Below the pieces are notes generated by a model. The model did no database searches and was not told the origin of the DNA. It saw only the letters and a list, made by a program, of their open reading frames with translations. From Candidatus Babeliales bacterium (GTDB lineage: Bacteria; Babelota; Babeliae; Babelales; JABCYS01), in assembly GCA_016929235.1 (NCBI GenBank), contig JAFGJD010000001.1:1-32251 (forward strand): a stretch of 32,251 bases of DNA, given 5' to 3'. Positions within the stretch are counted from its first letter, which is position 1. The number at the start of each line of letters is the position of its first letter. The translations under genes were made by a program, and so were the position numbers. Below are positions 1-10,725 of this stretch, piece after piece.

Positions 1-1170
1 ATATGAAAGGTCTGTGTTTTGGAGGTGAGCGTTGGTTAAGCGAGTATTTTGAAAGTTTGCTCCTTGCAGATTAGAGCCGCAGAATCGTACACCATACACA
101 TTAGCCCCTTTGAAGTGTGCTCCTACAAGATCTTTACGACCAGCAAAGTCCTGTTCCAAGAGGTGTTGGCCGGTAAATATATGGACTTGGGGCGATTGTG
201 CAAGACTGGCTCTTTCTTCTTCTAGTCTTCGTTGTTCTGCTGCTGCTTGTTCGGCAGCTGCGCGTTCTCTTCGCTCTCTATGTGGAGCTTCAAGCCGTTC
301 ATATTCGTGTTTGATAAAATCAACAAAAGTTTTATCTTCCGAATTTCCTTCATGTGCTTGCCATTGGTTCTGACATATATCTAAGTTGCATTGCAACGTT
401 TGGCGATTCTTTACATCCTCATTGGTGATCTGTTTCCCATGTTCTAACGATTGTATCTGCTCATAAAGAGCGTATATCTCACTTTCATACTGTTTTCTAA
501 ATTTGATTTGCACGAGGGCGCGATATTTACGACTTTTGTATGATCCGTAATTTCGTACAACGGCTGTTTGCGCCTCTCCGCTAAAGACTGTGTCAAAATT
601 GTTTCGTATGTAGTCATATGCATCTACTTCTGCAGCTGAACCAAATCGATAGTCTGCGTAATCAACAGACTTGCCTGCATAGTACGAGAATACGTGAGGA
701 GCGTCTTCTCTTGAGAATGGTTCAGGTCTGCGTTCGGGATCTTGTATGAATTGTGGGTCATGCTGAGAGACGACACAATGAGAGATAGGATTGACTTTGG
801 TTGTTACGCGCTTCATGACACTTGCAATCAGTACGTTGGTGAGTGAATGTTTCAGTGTAGGGGCAGGTTGATCATAGAGTTCTGCTGGCGCAACAATGGA
901 TGTCAGATTATGTTGTTGGTTGTATCGTATTTGTTCGCGGACAAAAAGGCATAATGCTGCGGGAAAAGCAATAGCTGGAGGAGCATTCTGGATAAGATAA
1001 CCAAGAAGAGACGGATTGTCTGCCATGGTAAGATGGCCTACAGCGACACGATGTGAATTAGGGTCCTGCATAAAGCACTGTAATTGCCGTTGTTCATGAG
1101 TTGCGTTTGCACCTGTACGTGCATAGCCACAGTAGAGGATGAGGGCTATAAACAGTGTGACCGTCTTCAC
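1..1170 (-). CDS. Exported protein with coiled-coil linker and pentapeptide repeats; 3' end runs off the window
   Basis: Not in the ORF track because there is no stop in the window. Hand translation gives 390 open codons from GTG at 1170, preceded by AAGGGA. N-terminus MKTVTLFIALILYCGYARTGANA is signal-peptide-like, followed later by a charged helix (RERRERAAAEQAAAEQRRLEEERA) and LVGAH-FKGAN-VYGVR-FCGSN-LQGAN-FQNTR-LTNAH-LQNTD-LSY. Confidence 0.85.
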   Translation of the reverse strand, partial: MKTVTLFIALILYCGYARTGANATHEQRQLQCFMQDPNSHRVAVGHLTMADNPSLLGYLIQNAPPAIAFPAALCLFVREQIRYNQQHNLTSIVAPAELYDQPAPTLKHSLTNVLIASVMKRVTTKVNPISHCVVSQHDPQFIQDPERRPEPFSREDAPHVFSYYAGKSVDYADYRFGSAAEVDAYDYIRNNFDTVFSGEAQTAVVRNYGSYKSRKYRALVQIKFRKQYESEIYALYEQIQSLEHGKQITNEDVKNRQTLQCNLDICQNQWQAHEGNSEDKTFVDFIKHEYERLEAPHRERRERAAAEQAAAEQRRLEEERASLAQSPQVHIFTGQHLLEQDFAGRKDLVGAHFKGANVYGVRFCGSNLQGANFQNTRLTNAHLQNTDLSY

Positions 1171-1416
1171 AATAATTATCCCTTAGTGGCTATCGTCTGG
1201 CAATCTTCTGTCAGTGATATAGCACGGGGGATATCAAAAATCTATGAACTTGAAGATTGATGAATATTGATTGCTTGGTCTAACTTTCTACGGGTAGTAA
1301 TCCGCAAGGCCTCTTGCTGTGGTAACGCACTTAATCATACGGTATGCATCGGTTTCGTATTTTCTCTAATTTTCTGCAAAGAATTGATCAGCTCTTTTTG
1401 TTGTACATAGTAGCCA

Positions 1417-2076
1417 CTACTTTTTGATTGCTGTATACAAATCTTGCAGTGCTTTGACGTGATCGTCATGGTCAAAGATTCCACTGCCTATGCAGAATGT
1501 ATCAATGCCCATGTTTGCAAGCTGGTTGATATTGGAAAGGTCTATTCCACCATCAATTGCGATAGATATGGGAAGCTTATGTTGCTTCTTATATGAAATG
1601 AGCTCTCGTGCTTTGGCCGTGATACTTGGAATAAAATCTTGACCAGCAAATCCAGGTGTAACAGCCATTATGAGAATGCCCGCAACCATATCAAGCCATG
1701 GATAGACAGTCTCGATGTTTGTTTTTGGGCTTACAGCAAGATATGGTTTCCAGCCGTGTCCGGAGATTTTTTGTAGAAGAGCCCTAAGAGCTTTCGTACT
1801 TTCGATATGTACTGCAAGTATGGCTTCGTCTTTGAGTTTTAGTCTCTCTATCCACTGGTCTGGGTTATCTACCATGAGCTGTACAAAGAGAGGTTTTTTT
1901 GTGACTTCTGCCATCTTATTGACTGTCATTGGGCCCATGGAGATGTTTGGGACAAAATGATCGTCCATTACATCAATGTGGAATCCGTCGCAGTGTTCTC
2001 TGAGATTTTCAATGACATCACCAAGATGAAGGGGATCTGCTGCCATGAGAGACGGGAATATACGTATGCTTTTCAT
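1417..2076 (-). CDS. rpe: Ribulose-phosphate 3-epimerase
   Basis: IFPSLMAAD, HIDVMDDHFVPN, MAVTPGFAGQDF, IDGGI and GSGIF motifs; 219 aa. Confidence 0.93.
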   Translation of the reverse strand: MKSIRIFPSLMAADPLHLGDVIENLREHCDGFHIDVMDDHFVPNISMGPMTVNKMAEVTKKPLFVQLMVDNPDQWIERLKLKDEAILAVHIESTKALRALLQKISGHGWKPYLAVSPKTNIETVYPWLDMVAGILIMAVTPGFAGQDFIPSITAKARELISYKKQHKLPISIAIDGGIDLSNINQLANMGIDTFCIGSGIFDHDDHVKALQDLYTAIKK

Positions 2077-2148
2077 TAAGGAGGCCTTTCATTGTTTAGT
2101 TTGTTTTTACTATAGAAAAAGGCCTTTTATTATCGCAATGATTCGCAT

Positions 2149-2176
2149 TTGGCATTGAGGTAGAATCCTCTATACT
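2149..2176 (+). promoter_or_regulatory. Candidate sigma70 promoter for the VOC gene
   Basis: TTGGCA-N16-TATACT, ending 35 nt upstream of the ATG at 2212. Confidence 0.3.
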
Positions 2177-2211
2177 CGGTACTATCACATGTCTGGACAC
2201 AGGGGGTATAT

Positions 2212-2604
2212 ATGATCCAAAGACTCGGCATGGTCATTATTCGTCAGTCTAATCTCGACGAGGCGATTTCTTTTTATAAGGATATTCTTGGTTTACCGCC
2301 CCGGTTTAAGGTGGAAGGGGTTTGGGCTGAGTTTGATTTGGGTAACACCAGACTCGGGCTTTGTCCGACACAGGACGCGATTGAAGGTACAAGAACAGGG
2401 GTTGTATTGGAGGTCAGAGATCTGAAAAAGACCTACAAGGCCTGGAAACATATGGGGGTTACCTTTTTGAACGAACCTGTAGAAAAAGTTCATGGAATTA
2501 TGGTTTCGTTTATGGATCCCAGTGGAAACCATATTGATCTCTATCAGCCGACCCCAGATAGGGTAACATCATTGGTCGAAACGATAGCCGCACAGGACGA
2601 GTAG
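2212..2604 (+). CDS. VOC/glyoxalase-bleomycin resistance family protein
   Basis: NLDEAISFYKDILGL and GVTF...FMDPSGNHIDLYQ pattern; GGGGG SD-like site upstream. Confidence 0.85.
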   Translation: MIQRLGMVIIRQSNLDEAISFYKDILGLPPRFKVEGVWAEFDLGNTRLGLCPTQDAIEGTRTGVVLEVRDLKKTYKAWKHMGVTFLNEPVEKVHGIMVSFMDPSGNHIDLYQPTPDRVTSLVETIAAQDE

Positions 2605-2742
2605 GAAAGGTTTTGGAGTATTTCTAGGCTTGAAGTTCATTCTTTTTTTTATATACTTGAACCCATAAATTGCGCATGTAAGTGCCGCATTCTAAATCAG
2701 GGAAAAAACGATAGTTGTAACTTATAATCACCAGGAGGAAGC

Positions 2743-3030
2743 ATGTTTGATAAGATTCGTCCACTTCATGATCGTGTGCTAGTTGAACGTGTCGAACAAG
2801 AAGAAAAAACTGCTGGCGGTCTGTATATCCCAGAAAATGCCAAAGAGAAGGCGCAGACTGGCAAGGTTGTTTCGGTAGGCAGTGGTCGCCTAGCAGCTGA
2901 TGGAACACGTGTTCCGCTTCAGGTCAAAGTCGGAGATATTGTCTTTTTCGGTAAGTATTCTGGAACAGAAGCTGGAAAAGATCATCTCGTCATTAAAGAA
3001 GATGATATTTTAGGGATTGTAGAGAAGTAA
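2743..3030 (+). CDS. groES: Co-chaperonin GroES
   Basis: [35 protein letters not shown]; strong SD AGGAGG. Confidence 0.98.
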   Translation: MFDKIRPLHDRVLVERVEQEEKTAGGLYIPENAKEKAQTGKVVSVGSGRLAADGTRVPLQVKVGDIVFFGKYSGTEAGKDHLVIKEDDILGIVEK

Positions 3031-3043
3031 TTTTCAACATTAG

Positions 3044-4699
<1,656 letters not shown>

Positions 4700-4714
4700 G
4701 TAAGAAACTCTTAC

Positions 4715-4748
4715 AAAAAAAGAAGGCCTTTTACGGGCCTTCTTTTTT
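4715..4748. terminator. Bidirectional intrinsic terminator
   Basis: AAAAAAGAAGGCC-loop-GGCCTTCTTTTTT inverted repeat with T tracts on both strands, between convergent groEL and the 4769 gene. Confidence 0.9.
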
Positions 4749-4768
4749 GTCTTGATTGTGTTCACAAT

Positions 4769-6229
4769 TTAGAACGAAGCTCCAGCCTTACCCCAGATAC
4801 CCCATTGTGCAAGGGCGGCATTGTTTTGTGGATATTCGAAAAATGCACCAAAATTACAGAACCCATCAAACTTTTCACCTTGGGTCCCATAGCCAATTGC
4901 GGCATGTACCTTATGGGTAGTGGCGCTTGCTGCGGCTCCTGAATATTTATCTATATCTCTGTATCTGAGAGCGGTGAATGTAGAGTCATTTGCTGCACGT
5001 GCGGCTATGGTACTTTTGCTTGCGGTATAGCCTGCCGCTGTGCCGGCAATTCCATATTCTCTGATATCGACAAAGTTATTGCATTTTGAACAGACTGTAT
5101 CATCGATGTATTCGATGCGTTCACCGCGATGTGCCCATAAATTATACGCTAATTCCGCCTCAAACCCGTTATGAGCGAGCCTAAACCCGGTTACAAAATC
5201 CACAAAACTATCTGGATGAACTTTGACTCTTTGTGTCAAAACATTGACTCCTGGTGTTGGTGGAGTGCCAACAGTATCATTGGCATGGTAAAGCAAGAGA
5301 TACCGGCTCCAAGGCTTATCTTTGAGATCAAATGTGCGGTATTGTTTTCTTGCAAATAAGTACTGGTGTTCAACATTCATAAAAAAGCGAATAGGCCATT
5401 GGTTTGATTTGCGTGTGATTGGGAGTTGAAAGCATACCGCATTTCCGTATCCAACATGTTTATTGTTACCGATGTATGGAGAAAATAAATATCGTGGATC
5501 GCTGTCATCGCCAGAATTTAATGCCAAAAATGTGTAATAGATAGCTTCATAACCTTTTTTTGCGTAGATGTTTGCTGTCAACTGAAAGCGTACATTGCCT
5601 ACACCTGTTACTTTTTTTTCGCATGGTGCCAGTTTTGCATAGTTCCATGAATCTTGATTGAATGCCTCACAGATAGTATCAGGTACTCCGTCAGCCATCG
5701 TTGTTGTTTCGGCAAATTGTGTAAATGTTAGATTATTTTTGACGACTTCATATGGAACACGAATGCCAACTAACCAGTGATCGAGAAATTCATTGTCAGT
5801 GAGTTCAGAAAGTGCCTGGCTATATTCAAACACACAACCATACTGTTTCTGTTTGGGATCAAAACTGAAGTTTCCGACAAAGTCAGTTGGAAGGCCGAGC
5901 CATTCGGCTCTGATATAGGTTCCTGTCGTAGTGTACTCGGCGTTGTCACCGAGAACGTATACCGGTGTTTGACACGATGGATAGAAGTATTGTGCTGTTT
6001 TGTGATTACAGCTTCCATGATCAGTGGAGTCGTTATAAAAAGGAACGATTTGTAGGCTGCCTCCTAGAGGACCGTGGTCTTCATAGATTTTGCTGTGCCA
6101 GAGCGATTGGAGCATTGGAAGATTATGATTTGCTGGTCGCGTGAACATGAATGACCGTGAAATATGATCAGTTAATGCATACATGAACGACGGTATGAGT
6201 ACCATCAAACCGAGCAATCTTTTTTGCAT
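4769..6229 (-). CDS. Putative outer-membrane beta-barrel protein of unknown function (486 aa)
   Basis: Start moved to ATG 6229 (SD AAGGA; signal-like MQKRLLGLMVLIPSFMYA). Aromatic/Gly-rich amphipathic segments; C-terminus WGIWGKAGASF ends in Phe like a beta-signal. Confidence 0.6.
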   Translation of the reverse strand: MQKRLLGLMVLIPSFMYALTDHISRSFMFTRPANHNLPMLQSLWHSKIYEDHGPLGGSLQIVPFYNDSTDHGSCNHKTAQYFYPSCQTPVYVLGDNAEYTTTGTYIRAEWLGLPTDFVGNFSFDPKQKQYGCVFEYSQALSELTDNEFLDHWLVGIRVPYEVVKNNLTFTQFAETTTMADGVPDTICEAFNQDSWNYAKLAPCEKKVTGVGNVRFQLTANIYAKKGYEAIYYTFLALNSGDDSDPRYLFSPYIGNNKHVGYGNAVCFQLPITRKSNQWPIRFFMNVEHQYLFARKQYRTFDLKDKPWSRYLLLYHANDTVGTPPTPGVNVLTQRVKVHPDSFVDFVTGFRLAHNGFEAELAYNLWAHRGERIEYIDDTVCSKCNNFVDIREYGIAGTAAGYTASKSTIAARAANDSTFTALRYRDIDKYSGAAASATTHKVHAAIGYGTQGEKFDGFCNFGAFFEYPQNNAALAQWGIWGKAGASF

Positions 6230-6436
6230 AAGTACTTCCTTTTTTTCCAACGCTTTCACACGACAATTATGCGGAACATACCAAAGACAATGCGTCGCTT
6301 TGTGCATTAGCTTATGATACTGGCTCATGAAATACAAGGGATGTTCGTCATCTTACGGTACGTCATAGCAAGATTATTGTTTTAGTGCCAACTTGTGTAG
6401 TAAGATTCGTGTCGAACGGTGGAAAAAGGTGAGAGT

Positions 6437-7045
6437 ATGAAGCGTCATGTTACGCAAGGTTTGTCGCGGTATCGTAATCGCAGAGATTTTAAACAGTCTC
6501 CGGAGCCGCACCGTACACCAAGGCAAAATCTCAAGAGAAAAAATCGTTTTGTCATACAAAAACATGCCGCGAGAAATTTGCACTATGACTTTCGATTGCA
6601 GGTGGGGAATGTTCTTAAATCATGGGCAGTGCCAAAGGGACCATCAATTAATCCTGCAGATAAACGTCTTGCTATTCCAACTGACGATCATCCATTAGCA
6701 TATGCAACCTTTGAAGGTGTTATTCCAAAAGATAACTATGGTGCTGGAGTAGTCATGGTATGGGATATTGGTACGTACAAAAACATTACCAAGCATGATG
6801 GTAAAGCTATTTCTATGGCAAGGGGTTATCGTGAGGGGCATTTAGAATTTGAGCTTTATGGGAAAAAATTGCGGGGTAAGTTTGCGCTTGTGCAAACTGA
6901 AAGCAAGTATAAAGGTAAGCAATATTGGCTCCTTGTTAAGATGAGAGATACGCATGAAGATCGAAGGCGCAAGCCTATTGTTTCGCAGCAGCGATCAGTT
7001 TTGACTGATAGGACTATGGACCAGATCAAACGGGATGAATCATGA
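6437..7045 (+). CDS. Stand-alone LigD 3'-phosphoesterase (PE) module
   Basis: YRNRRDFKQSPEP, FVIQKHAARNLHYDFRL, SWAVPKGPS, DHPLAYATFEGVIP, YGAGVVMVWDIGTY. Start chosen at ATG 6437 (the ORF track uses GTG 6419). Confidence 0.92.
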   Translation: MKRHVTQGLSRYRNRRDFKQSPEPHRTPRQNLKRKNRFVIQKHAARNLHYDFRLQVGNVLKSWAVPKGPSINPADKRLAIPTDDHPLAYATFEGVIPKDNYGAGVVMVWDIGTYKNITKHDGKAISMARGYREGHLEFELYGKKLRGKFALVQTESKYKGKQYWLLVKMRDTHEDRRRKPIVSQQRSVLTDRTMDQIKRDES

Positions 7046-7896
7046 GTCGGGTTATTTTCACTAACAAAGAGAAAGTCTGGTTTTCTAAAACTAAGATAAC
7101 TAAGGGAGACATTCTTGCCTATTACAAGCTTGTTGCTCCTATTATGAGGCCTTATCTTAAGGACCGCCCCTTAGTGATGCAGCGATATCCTGATGGAATC
7201 AAAGGTGAGTCATTTTATCAAAAAGATATTCCCGATTATTTTCCTGATTGGATTCCAAGACTTAAGGTTAAAAAAGAGGGCGGGACCGTTACCCACGTGC
7301 TCTGCAATACTTCAGATACGTTGCTGTACATTGTAAATCAGGGGTGCCTGACGCCACACATTTGGCTCAGTAAAAAACCAAATATTCGTAAGCCAGACCG
7401 TATGATTTTTGATTTAGATCCTTCGTCACGTGGTTTTGGGCCTGTTGTTGATGCGGCGCATAGATTAAAGGTTGAGCTTGAAGATAGGGGCTTAGTTCCT
7501 TTTGTTATGACGACAGGCTCTCGAGGTGTACATGTAGTGGTTCCTCTGAAACCATCGGTTTCGTTTATGCAAGTAAAACGTTTTGCAAAGAATGTCGCGA
7601 GGACGTTGTGTGAAAAATATCCCGATGAAGTAACTCTAGAAACTCGTAAAGCAAAACGAAGAGCTCGTTTATATATTGATGTGATGCGGAATGCATATGC
7701 GCAAACAGGTGTGTGTCCATATGCCGTACGAGCATTACCTGAAGCACCAGTTGCTACGCCACTTTTGTGGAAAGAGCTTACAAAACGTATCTCTGCCCAT
7801 TCTTATACGATCAAGTCAATCAAACGACGCCTTAAAACTAAAGCGAATCCTTGGAGAGATTTCGTTCGATCTGCGCGTATGTTACCTCGTCTTTAA
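7042..7896 (+). CDS. Stand-alone LigD-type primase-polymerase (AEP) module
   Basis: RPLVMQRYPDGI, FYQK, PDRMIFDLDP (DxD), TTGSRGVHVVVP, YIDVMRN, PYAVRA, VATPLLW. ATGA overlap with the PE gene. Confidence 0.92.
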   Translation: MSRVIFTNKEKVWFSKTKITKGDILAYYKLVAPIMRPYLKDRPLVMQRYPDGIKGESFYQKDIPDYFPDWIPRLKVKKEGGTVTHVLCNTSDTLLYIVNQGCLTPHIWLSKKPNIRKPDRMIFDLDPSSRGFGPVVDAAHRLKVELEDRGLVPFVMTTGSRGVHVVVPLKPSVSFMQVKRFAKNVARTLCEKYPDEVTLETRKAKRRARLYIDVMRNAYAQTGVCPYAVRALPEAPVATPLLWKELTKRISAHSYTIKSIKRRLKTKANPWRDFVRSARMLPRL

Positions 7897-8742
7897 TAGC
7901 TCAGCAATTTTATATGTTATGTCTATTGCGCGTGGCAATTCATGTGAAAAGATGTTGCGACCAACTGCGCAGCCAAATGTGTTGCCTTTGGTTAACTGTT
8001 CATTGAGCTGTTTAAGGAAAGAACGTGTTGGTATTTTGTGACCACCAGTACAGATTACTTTTGTCATGCCAGCAGCATGTACAGCAGTTTTAAGTGCCTT
8101 ATGTCCGCTGCGAGGTGGGTTGATTTTTACAAAATCAGCGCCAAGGGCCGCTGCAACCCCTGTGGCCCCTGAGATGAGCGCATCCGAGCGATCCTCCTTG
8201 ACTGCCTTCCCTCGAGGATAAACCCATAGGATAGCGACTAGACCATGTCGATGGGCGGATATAATCGTTTGCGCAGCTTGTGTGAGCATCACTGATTCAT
8301 ACTCGCTTCCAAGGTATACGGTGTAACCAATACCTCTAACCTTAAGTCCCGATGATTTTTGAAATGTTATGACATCATCCACAGACCACAGTTGTGTACT
8401 CAGTGGGTCGCGTTGTGTGGTAGGAACAATGTTTGTTTTGCCATTTAATTTTACTATGTAGTTAATATCTGAATAATCAGGTCCATATCTAGCAATGAGT
8501 CCAAGATGAGTTGCAAAAGCACCAATGGAACCTTGTTGGGCAATCTCAAAAAGATGTTTTGGATTATTAACTGATTTTGGTATTGTCTTGCCTGCAAAAT
8601 CACTGTTGAGGTGTTCTATTTTTTGATCAGCCGCAAATAGAAAGAGACGACCATTTTCATAGGTGATCGCTTGATAATTTTTGCAATACTGTGCGTGAGC
8701 TCCCTGAGGAACATCGGCGGGAATAAATACTTTAGATGTCAC
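7882..8742 (-). CDS. Class I (DhnA/FbaB-type) fructose-bisphosphate aldolase
   Basis: LFAADQKIEH, GYTVYLGSEYE, AILWVYPRG, LGADFVK (Schiff-base Lys), AVGRNIF. Confidence 0.85.
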   Translation of the reverse strand: MTSKVFIPADVPQGAHAQYCKNYQAITYENGRLFLFAADQKIEHLNSDFAGKTIPKSVNNPKHLFEIAQQGSIGAFATHLGLIARYGPDYSDINYIVKLNGKTNIVPTTQRDPLSTQLWSVDDVITFQKSSGLKVRGIGYTVYLGSEYESVMLTQAAQTIISAHRHGLVAILWVYPRGKAVKEDRSDALISGATGVAAALGADFVKINPPRSGHKALKTAVHAAGMTKVICTGGHKIPTRSFLKQLNEQLTKGNTFGCAVGRNIFSHELPRAIDITYKIAELLKTR

Positions 8743-8753
8743 GATATGCCTTT

Positions 8754-10391
8754 CTAGAGAACCTTGTCATGGATTAACATTTTTTCTGCAACTTTTTCAA
8801 ATAACGGAACGGCAGTTCGAGTTGCACGAAGATTTTTAATGCCAGCATCCTTAACAAAGGTTACGATTATTCTTCTATAATTTCCTTTTTCTACGATGCC
8901 TGAGAACGTGAAGATATTATGATCTGATGAATAAGTTCCATCAACAACTAAGTTTGCGGTACCTGTTTTACCAATGACATTGTATCCCTTGATGCGTGCA
9001 CGGCGAGCTGTTCCTTTCATAGTTGTGCGTTCCAGAATGTCTCGCACAGCAGCAAGTGTTTCTTCCGAATACAAGGGTTGTTTACAGGTCATGGGGACAG
9101 GCAGTTCTGGGTTGATGAGTAATCGTGGTATTACTGGAATTCCATTGTTAATGACAATGCTAAGCGCAGTTGCTAGCTGTAGAATCGTTATACGTATTTC
9201 GTAGCCAAATGAAAGAGATACGATGGATGGCCGAGACCAATTTCTTGGAGGGTTGATGAATCCCTTTTGTTCTCCAGGCCAGTTCAGAACGCTCTTTTCT
9301 CCAAAACCAACAGCCTTGTAATGATCATACAGTTTTGGGCCTAAGCGTGTTGCTACTTTGGCAACACCGATATTATTGGAATATGCAACTACATCTGCAA
9401 ATGGTATGACCCCGTGGGGAACTAGCGTGCCGAAGCGTGCGCCATTGACATATCCCTGTTTAGTATTTTCGCAATCGATCAACTCTTCAGGCGTTACTAC
9501 TCCTTCCTCAAGAGCTGCGAGTGCTAGATAGACTTTGATTACTGAACCTGGTTCGTGTGCATCCGTTAATACTCGGTTTTTCATGTGGTCAAGAGAAATA
9601 TTTTTTGTGTTATTTGGATCAAACGTTGGGTAACTGACCATTGCCAAAATATCACCAGAATCAGGATCCATGATCAGCACGGAGCCCTCTTTTGCCTTGA
9701 AGGAATCAATTGATCGCTTGAGTTCCTCGAATGCGAGATATTGTAGATCGCTGTCAATGGTAAGCGTGATCGGTTCCCCTTGTTTGCCAGAACCAATGAG
9801 TTCTTTCGTAAAATAGAAATGTCCTGACCGAGCATCCTTCTCAAGTAAGCAGCTAGAAGCTTTGCCTGCGAGTCGATCATTAAAGATCATCTCTATACCT
9901 GCGATTCCGGTATTATCAATATCAGTGACCCCAACCACTGGTGCTGCAGCATCAAGTGAATAGTAGCGACTTGGTTCTTTGAGAATTTGAATATCATCCA
10001 GCTTACTTTTTTCTATAAGTTTAATTTGTTCTTCTGTGAGTTTCCTTTGGATGTACATGAAATGTTTGTCGGTGGTTTTGAGTTTTTCTGCAGCCTCTGG
10101 AAAATGCTTGTTCAAGAACTTCATAACTTCTTGTTTATCTTTGATTTGTTTCGGGAGCAGAAATGCAGCCAGGCTATCATGATTTATCGCAAGTGGTTCT
10201 CCGTTACGATCATAAATTGCTGCACGTGGCGGCATATGAGTTACTGTAGTGGCATACTGTTTTGTTGCAAGGTCTTTGTAAAAATTCTGTTGTTTTATTT
10301 GAATTAGATACAGGTTAAAGAGAACGAGCATGTAGAGCAGAAGCAGGAGAAAGAAAATAAATGCGACACGTAGTTTATGTGAGTTGGTCAT
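8754..10391 (-). CDS. ftsI: Class B penicillin-binding protein (FtsI/PBP3-like)
   Basis: N-terminal TM helix, RAAIYDRNG, SxxK (EPGSVIK), SNN and KTG motifs; lies directly after an ftsL-like gene. ATG 10391 chosen (the track uses TTG 10400). Confidence 0.88.
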   Translation of the reverse strand: MTNSHKLRVAFIFFLLLLLYMLVLFNLYLIQIKQQNFYKDLATKQYATTVTHMPPRAAIYDRNGEPLAINHDSLAAFLLPKQIKDKQEVMKFLNKHFPEAAEKLKTTDKHFMYIQRKLTEEQIKLIEKSKLDDIQILKEPSRYYSLDAAAPVVGVTDIDNTGIAGIEMIFNDRLAGKASSCLLEKDARSGHFYFTKELIGSGKQGEPITLTIDSDLQYLAFEELKRSIDSFKAKEGSVLIMDPDSGDILAMVSYPTFDPNNTKNISLDHMKNRVLTDAHEPGSVIKVYLALAALEEGVVTPEELIDCENTKQGYVNGARFGTLVPHGVIPFADVVAYSNNIGVAKVATRLGPKLYDHYKAVGFGEKSVLNWPGEQKGFINPPRNWSRPSIVSLSFGYEIRITILQLATALSIVINNGIPVIPRLLINPELPVPMTCKQPLYSEETLAAVRDILERTTMKGTARRARIKGYNVIGKTGTANLVVDGTYSSDHNIFTFSGIVEKGNYRRIIVTFVKDAGIKNLRATRTAVPLFEKVAEKMLIHDKVL

Positions 10392-10656
10392 ACGACTCAA
10401 GCTTTCTAATTTGTTTCATCGATATTGGTTGCATGCCGAGAACGTTTTGAGCATGTTGTTCTACCGCACGATGGTTTTTAAGTAAGCACAACTCTTGGGT
10501 AAGAGCCTTTTTATGTTCTTCAAGCTGTGTAATCTCTCGTTCATATTTTTGTTTTTTGTATGAAAGGTTAATGAATAGATTTTGTTTATGAATGAGCAAT
10601 ACAACAAAAGCAATATGTGCAGCAGCAAAGATGAATACGAACAATTTCTTATTCAT
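10375..10656 (-). CDS. ftsL: FtsL-like cell division protein
   Basis: 93 aa; TM helix then a heptad coiled coil ending VEQHAQNVLGM; overlaps the ftsI start. Confidence 0.72.
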   Translation of the reverse strand: MNKKLFVFIFAAAHIAFVVLLIHKQNLFINLSYKKQKYEREITQLEEHKKALTQELCLLKNHRAVEQHAQNVLGMQPISMKQIRKLESYDQLT

Positions 10657-10725
10657 GAGAGCTCCTCGCGTGTGGAAAGAGTATTGCCTTATTCTACCGA
10701 AGTTGCATTGTGTAAAACAAGGGTG

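Noticed and set aside
110..373. 87-aa plus-strand ORF in the track
   Set aside because: It is the antisense shadow of the minus-strand pentapeptide-repeat gene.
1171..1416. Possible gene remnant or small RNA between rpe and the 1170 gene
   Set aside because: Only short interrupted frames and no convincing stem; nothing recognisable.
2605..2742. CIRCE or sigma32 heat-shock element upstream of groES
   Set aside because: No TTAGCACTC-N9-GAGTGCTAA; two CTTGAA hexamers are present, but neither has a correctly spaced CCCCAT -10.
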